A DNA stretch of 39,220 bases from a virus. Its lineage: Duplodnaviria > Caudoviricetes. This document shows positions 35,342-39,220 of this stretch, piece after piece; within the stretch, counting starts at the first letter, position 1, and each line of letters begins with the position of its first letter. The stretch is taken from positions 1 to 39,220 of the IMG/VR virus record IMGVR_UViG_3300019877_000004. One strand, written 5' to 3'. The notes beneath the pieces were generated by a model, which ran no database searches, had not been told where the DNA came from, and worked only from the letters and a program-made list of their open reading frames with translations. The translations under genes and the position numbers were made by a program.

Positions 35342-35890
35342 TCATGCTCCTAAGAATATCGATTTTTGTGTAGATACTGGCAACGCATCCAGACGTTGAA
35401 CTGTCGATTCAGCAGACATAGTGCCATAATATTGACCATGTCCATCTGAATTTGTTGCTTTATCGACCATTTTTAAGGTGTGATATTTACAACGCTTAAT
35501 CTGTTCTGCAACATATCTGGGGGCCCAAACCTTCTTCGCCACAGGCACTTTCCACCATTCGGCAGGCATGCCAGGGAAAGGCTTTGTCCACATATCGATG
35601 TCTTCACCGATGATCTCGTTGTTTTGAGCTTGAAAGAGAACGTACTCCTTCTGGAATTCGTATTCTTTGCGATAGGCATCGTTAAACTTTTCCTTACTTC
35701 CGATTGCACGATGTGGCTTAATGTAAATCTCTCCATCTTTTTGATTAGGATGTTGCGGAGCAACTTCCTTTATAGGAGCCCTGTTAAGTGTGTCGAGGTC
35801 AAGAGACCTAATAACCTTCTCCTGTACCTGAAATTGCTCTTCCATTTTAACAAGTTCTTGTTGGCCTTCCACGTCTACTTTTGGTTTCAT
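35342..35890 (-). CDS. Hypothetical protein in the head-tail region
   Basis: 182 aa; SD AAGGAG. Confidence 0.75.
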   Translation of the reverse strand: MKPKVDVEGQQELVKMEEQFQVQEKVIRSLDLDTLNRAPIKEVAPQHPNQKDGEIYIKPHRAIGSKEKFNDAYRKEYEFQKEYVLFQAQNNEIIGEDIDMWTKPFPGMPAEWWKVPVAKKVWAPRYVAEQIKRCKYHTLKMVDKATNSDGHGQYYGTMSAESTVQRLDALPVSTQKSIFLGA

Positions 35891-35907
35891 ATGTAAATCA
35901 CTCCTTT

Positions 35908-36570
35908 TTAGTTCGGTGATATGTTGATAAAGCTTCCAGGGATGTTTGTAGAGGTCTGCACTGGACCTGTAGATGATGTAATCCCATTGTTGATATCTCC
36001 AACGGCTAGCACCTGGGCTGCGGTTTGAGGCACATTTGATAGAGATGCAACGCCTCCTGATGCATAAGCAGAAAAACCAGCTGTTGCTATAGTTACAGTA
36101 AATGATGTTGAGGAAACAGTTGCGATTGTGCCTACGAGAGTATTGATTTCAGTCATTCCTCCAACGCCACTAAATACCACTAGAGCACCTCTGTTGAAGT
36201 AGTTATTTGCAGTTACCGTGATTGAGGATGGGGTATTAACGACTATGTTCGTTATATCTGCTGTGTATGGGGTGGGGATAAAGGCATTCGCTTGCCTGGA
36301 GTCCATATCAGTAACTAAATCTGTAGAGGATGGGAGTGAAATTACATAAGATGGCTGCTCATTGAGCTGATATGACCCAAAAATTGGCGGTATGATTAGT
36401 CTTATAAGTTGGCCTATCACGTAATTATGATCCTCTGAGGTCGTTATTTGTGTCGTTAGACCCCTAGTAATAGCAGAGACATCAAAACGGCTTGGTTGAT
36501 AGAATTGAGGCTCTATTGGCACGTTTGCGTATGGTGGTACTGGATAAGAAATTACGCCTGTCAAGGTCAT
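35908..36570 (-). CDS. Virion protein with two E1-FCCH-like modules
   Basis: HNYVIGQLI and GALVVFSGVGGMTEIN...TAGFSAYASGG. Confidence 0.7.
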   Translation of the reverse strand: MTLTGVISYPVPPYANVPIEPQFYQPSRFDVSAITRGLTTQITTSEDHNYVIGQLIRLIIPPIFGSYQLNEQPSYVISLPSSTDLVTDMDSRQANAFIPTPYTADITNIVVNTPSSITVTANNYFNRGALVVFSGVGGMTEINTLVGTIATVSSTSFTVTIATAGFSAYASGGVASLSNVPQTAAQVLAVGDINNGITSSTGPVQTSTNIPGSFINISPN

Positions 36571-36595
36571 CTAGTTGCCTCATTTCTAAAGGGGA

Positions 36596-36624
36596 GATAG
36601 GGGCCCTCGGAAGGGCACCCTATC
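36596..36624 (-). terminator. Strong hairpin after the capsid genes (terminator or stabiliser)
   Basis: GATAGGG-GCCCT-CGGA-AGGGC-A-CCCTATC on the + strand. Confidence 0.6.
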
Positions 36625-36669
36625 AGAACAATTCTCAAAATGCATTAACTAAAGATTTAATTCAATGTA

Positions 36670-37797
36670 TTAAGGAATGCTCATATCATGTAGGAACGCT
36701 TCCCAGAAAATTACATTCCCTGCAGCCCCTACAAGCACTGATGTTGTCAGGTTCGTACCTGCTCCAATACCTACAATGAAACCTTGAGATGTGTTATTGA
36801 CGAACGCGCCACGGATGGCAGGCCCGTTAATAGTATTCACCTCAGTTGTTCCAATTGGTTCAAATACAGGAGGAGGATAAAGAGCTGAACCAGCCGATAT
36901 CAATTGTCCACCAGTGTTTACATCGCCAACAGCTACGATTTGAGGAAGGGATCTTCCTGCCGAACCTGCAAAGGTTACGTTGCTATTGAATGCTGTATAA
37001 GCAGTAGAATCGATATTGACCACAACAGTGTTGTAATCCGTTACCGCGATCACGTATCCATAGATCGGAGATCCAGGAGTTGGTGGGTTTGGCAATGAAT
37101 TCAACTGGGTTGTTGCCCAATCACTAGGAATACGGAACGCAACTTCTTGACCAACACGGAAGTTATGTGCATCCGTTGTATCAATTGTTGTGGTTGATCC
37201 TGTTGTGATTGCACTGATTACTGTGGTTCCAGGGAAATACAGGTAAGGGTATAAGACCTTCTTAACCGTAGCTCCTGATGGAGACCCAGATAATGCAGTG
37301 TAGTTCGATTGGTTGGTGTTCCAAGGGATTGTGAAGGTTGTTAAACCTGTCACGGTCACTGTAAAAGGAACGCCCTGGATTTGCTGCATACCTGTTGTAG
37401 TAGACTGATAAAGACCCTGGAAAACGACCACGTCACCACTTGTTAAACCGTGGTTAGTTGTGGTAGTAACGACCGCAGGATTTGCCTTGGTGATACCACT
37501 GATTGCTAAAGTAGGTCCATATTGAAGAAGTTGACCTGCTGCAAATGTGCTAATACCGTTAGCAATAACAGTGTCCCATATAATGGCAGGAGTTGCGTTA
37601 TATCCTTGTTGGATAGCAAATCCCTGTCCCATATTAGCATCCCATTGAGCTGCAACGACGTTTTGTGAAGTTGCTGCTGCGTTGGATGTTGTGTAGTTCA
37701 TAATTCTTACAAAATCAGGCTGGAAAGGCAGATTAACAATCTGCGCTCCGCCTGTAGATGTAAATCTACCTTTTGCCGCTCTTGAATATTCAGTCAT
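36670..37797 (-). CDS. Capsid decoration / minor capsid protein with E1-FCCH-like modules
   Basis: Immediately after the MCP; ISGITKANPAVVT...HGLTSGDVVVF. Confidence 0.7.
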   Translation of the reverse strand: MTEYSRAAKGRFTSTGGAQIVNLPFQPDFVRIMNYTTSNAAATSQNVVAAQWDANMGQGFAIQQGYNATPAIIWDTVIANGISTFAAGQLLQYGPTLAISGITKANPAVVTTTTNHGLTSGDVVVFQGLYQSTTTGMQQIQGVPFTVTVTGLTTFTIPWNTNQSNYTALSGSPSGATVKKVLYPYLYFPGTTVISAITTGSTTTIDTTDAHNFRVGQEVAFRIPSDWATTQLNSLPNPPTPGSPIYGYVIAVTDYNTVVVNIDSTAYTAFNSNVTFAGSAGRSLPQIVAVGDVNTGGQLISAGSALYPPPVFEPIGTTEVNTINGPAIRGAFVNNTSQGFIVGIGAGTNLTTSVLVGAAGNVIFWEAFLHDMSIP

Positions 37798-37798
37798 C

Positions 37799-38779
37799 TT
37801 AAACCCCCAAGTTGCTTAAGCGTGTGCTTAAGAGGTTTCTGATAGCTGTATCTTGAGTCAACGCTTGCGCTTGAGCGAATTTAACCGCTAGCGTAGCATT
37901 CTGAGCCAACATACCTGAATAGTTAGGATCACGATAGATCAAGCGCATTGAGTAGCCGTCTTGGTCGATGTGTGTGATGGCCTGTTTTCCTAAAACGGTG
38001 TTGTAGTAAACATCATTTAAGGTTCCTGAGCTGTTTGTAGCTGCGTTTCTTGCAACCGGAGCCTCGGAGCTTGTCAAAATACGGATATTGTAAACAGATC
38101 CATATTCTGATGGCAACGCAGATGCGTTTGTGGGGTAGTTCCACTGAGAGAGGAATCCACTACCAACTAGAGCATCGAAATCGCCTTGTAGCTCTGTTGA
38201 GGACAGCATAAAGTATGCTGAACGCACAGGGCCGGTACCGAAACGATCCATACCTTCGATACCGCTCATGAATTTATAAGCGTTATTTGTATCTAGGGTT
38301 GCTGCAACGAGACTGAAATCGGAAATCCCTAAGTTTGTAGGGTTGAATCCGTTAGATCCGCCACCAGCGTTGATTTGAGATGCGGCAGAAACGATATAGT
38401 CCCTAAGGATCAAATCTTCTGCTTGTCTCATAGCAACAGCTAGACGCTCAGACACCCATGCTAATACACCCTCTTGGTCTTGGAGAACAACTTGTTCGTT
38501 GATGATACAGCCAGTACCGAAGAAAGCCATTTGTGCATCGATGATGTCGCGTTGTGGAATTTGTGCTGGGGGGTCAATCCCAGAATTTCCCAACTGGATT
38601 GTTGGGGGAGTTAACGCCCTAGGGCGCATAAAACGGCAAGTTGTACCACCATTTGATGGTAGACTTACCTTATCACATACTGTGATGTAGTTCATTGATG
38701 GGGTTGGGACATAGAGCATCGCAGGCGCAAGCGACTGGAGGATCATCGGGCCCAAATTACCCGTGGTCGTAATTGACAT
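37799..38779 (-). CDS. Major capsid protein (N4-gp56 family-like)
   Basis: 326 aa; LPSNGGTTCRFMR, EYGSVYNIRI, VLGKQA patterns; downstream of the scaffold. Confidence 0.85.
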   Translation of the reverse strand: MSITTTGNLGPMILQSLAPAMLYVPTPSMNYITVCDKVSLPSNGGTTCRFMRPRALTPPTIQLGNSGIDPPAQIPQRDIIDAQMAFFGTGCIINEQVVLQDQEGVLAWVSERLAVAMRQAEDLILRDYIVSAASQINAGGGSNGFNPTNLGISDFSLVAATLDTNNAYKFMSGIEGMDRFGTGPVRSAYFMLSSTELQGDFDALVGSGFLSQWNYPTNASALPSEYGSVYNIRILTSSEAPVARNAATNSSGTLNDVYYNTVLGKQAITHIDQDGYSMRLIYRDPNYSGMLAQNATLAVKFAQAQALTQDTAIRNLLSTRLSNLGV

Positions 38780-38929
38780 CTCAAACCTTTTGGTCTGTAT
38801 GTTTAATACGATATGATGATCGGTAGACGAGCCTAACTTACGTCAATTTTCGATCATATCCAATGGAGGGGAGCGATTTCCTCTAACGCTATGAATGTAG
38901 TGCCCTTAACGCAGGGCAAGAGCGTAATA
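38780..38929 (-). ncRNA. Structured 5' leader of the major capsid gene
   Basis: Stems TGCCCT/AGGGCA, GAGG/CCTC, GATATGATCG/CGATCATCATATC, GACG/CGTC in 150 nt of non-coding DNA. Confidence 0.55.
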
Positions 38930-39220
38930 TTACCTATACATTTTTTTCTTTATATTGGCAACCTGCGATTTATTTAGCCCTTTTTCTTGAGCATACAGGT
39001 TAATCATCATCCCTAAAGCATCCTCTAGATGATCGGTGACAAAGACGGGGTGTTTAGGATGCCTTTCATTCCAGAATTTACGAACCAGCTCTTTTCTGTC
39101 TCGTCCTTCAAGAGGGCCATTAAAGGCCCACATCTCGAATTCTTCTTTTAGTGTATTATGATCTTTTTTCGTATATGACATTAAATAAGCAAATAGAAAG
39201 ACTGGCGCACCAAGCAACAA
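38930..39220 (-). CDS. 106-aa membrane-anchored protein spanning the circular junction (starts at 183)
   Basis: MIIVIWGMCILLLGAPVFLFAYL...; ATG 183-181 overlaps the scaffold stop (ATGA). Confidence 0.7.
   Translation of the reverse strand: MLLGAPVFLFAYLMSYTKKDHNTLKEEFEMWAFNGPLEGRDRKELVRKFWNERHPKHPVFVTDHLEDALGMMINLYAQEKGLNKSQVANIKKKMYR
39068..39220. repeat. Terminal direct repeat, right copy
   Basis: 152/153 identical to 1-153. Confidence 0.97.

Noticed and set aside
37795-37810. +1 frameshift at GTT-TAA fusing the capsid to the decoration protein
   Set aside because: The frame relationship allows it, but GGGGG-N6-ATG is an adequate SD for independent initiation and GTT is not a typical shift codon
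1-39220. Alternative genetic code, diversity-generating retroelement, tRNAs, integrase/att
   Set aside because: Long genes are intact in code 11 with all three stops used; no reverse transcriptase, cloverleaf or recombinase motifs seen

Overview
The window is an apparently complete circular (about 39,067 bp) tailed dsDNA phage genome of podovirus type. Bases 1-153 are repeated at 39068-39220 with one synonymous SNP. It encodes small and large terminase, a P22-like portal, a scaffold, an N4-gp56-type major capsid, head-tail adaptor and nozzle, three ejection-type proteins, several fibres and spikes, a lambda-O-like initiator with internal iterons plus a DnaC-like loader, a YqaJ exonuclease with an SSB-like partner, GroES, an SPFH protein and a DUF551 array. 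I recognised no integrase, CI-type repressor, endolysin, DNA polymerase, tRNA or CRISPR array. Several accessory genes suggest a Chlamydiota host, but that is inference and no search was run. The most unusual sequence-level observations are: (i) portal and head-tail adaptor both appear to start at ATT; (ii) two paralogous CxxC micropeptides are translationally coupled to accessory genes; (iii) a 137-bp foreign promoter plus gene start splits a phage gene; (iv) a shared TGCGT(T)A-loop hairpin precedes head genes; (v) virion proteins repeatedly carry a module resembling the E1 FCCH domain. Many small ORFs absent from the supplied track were translated by hand.
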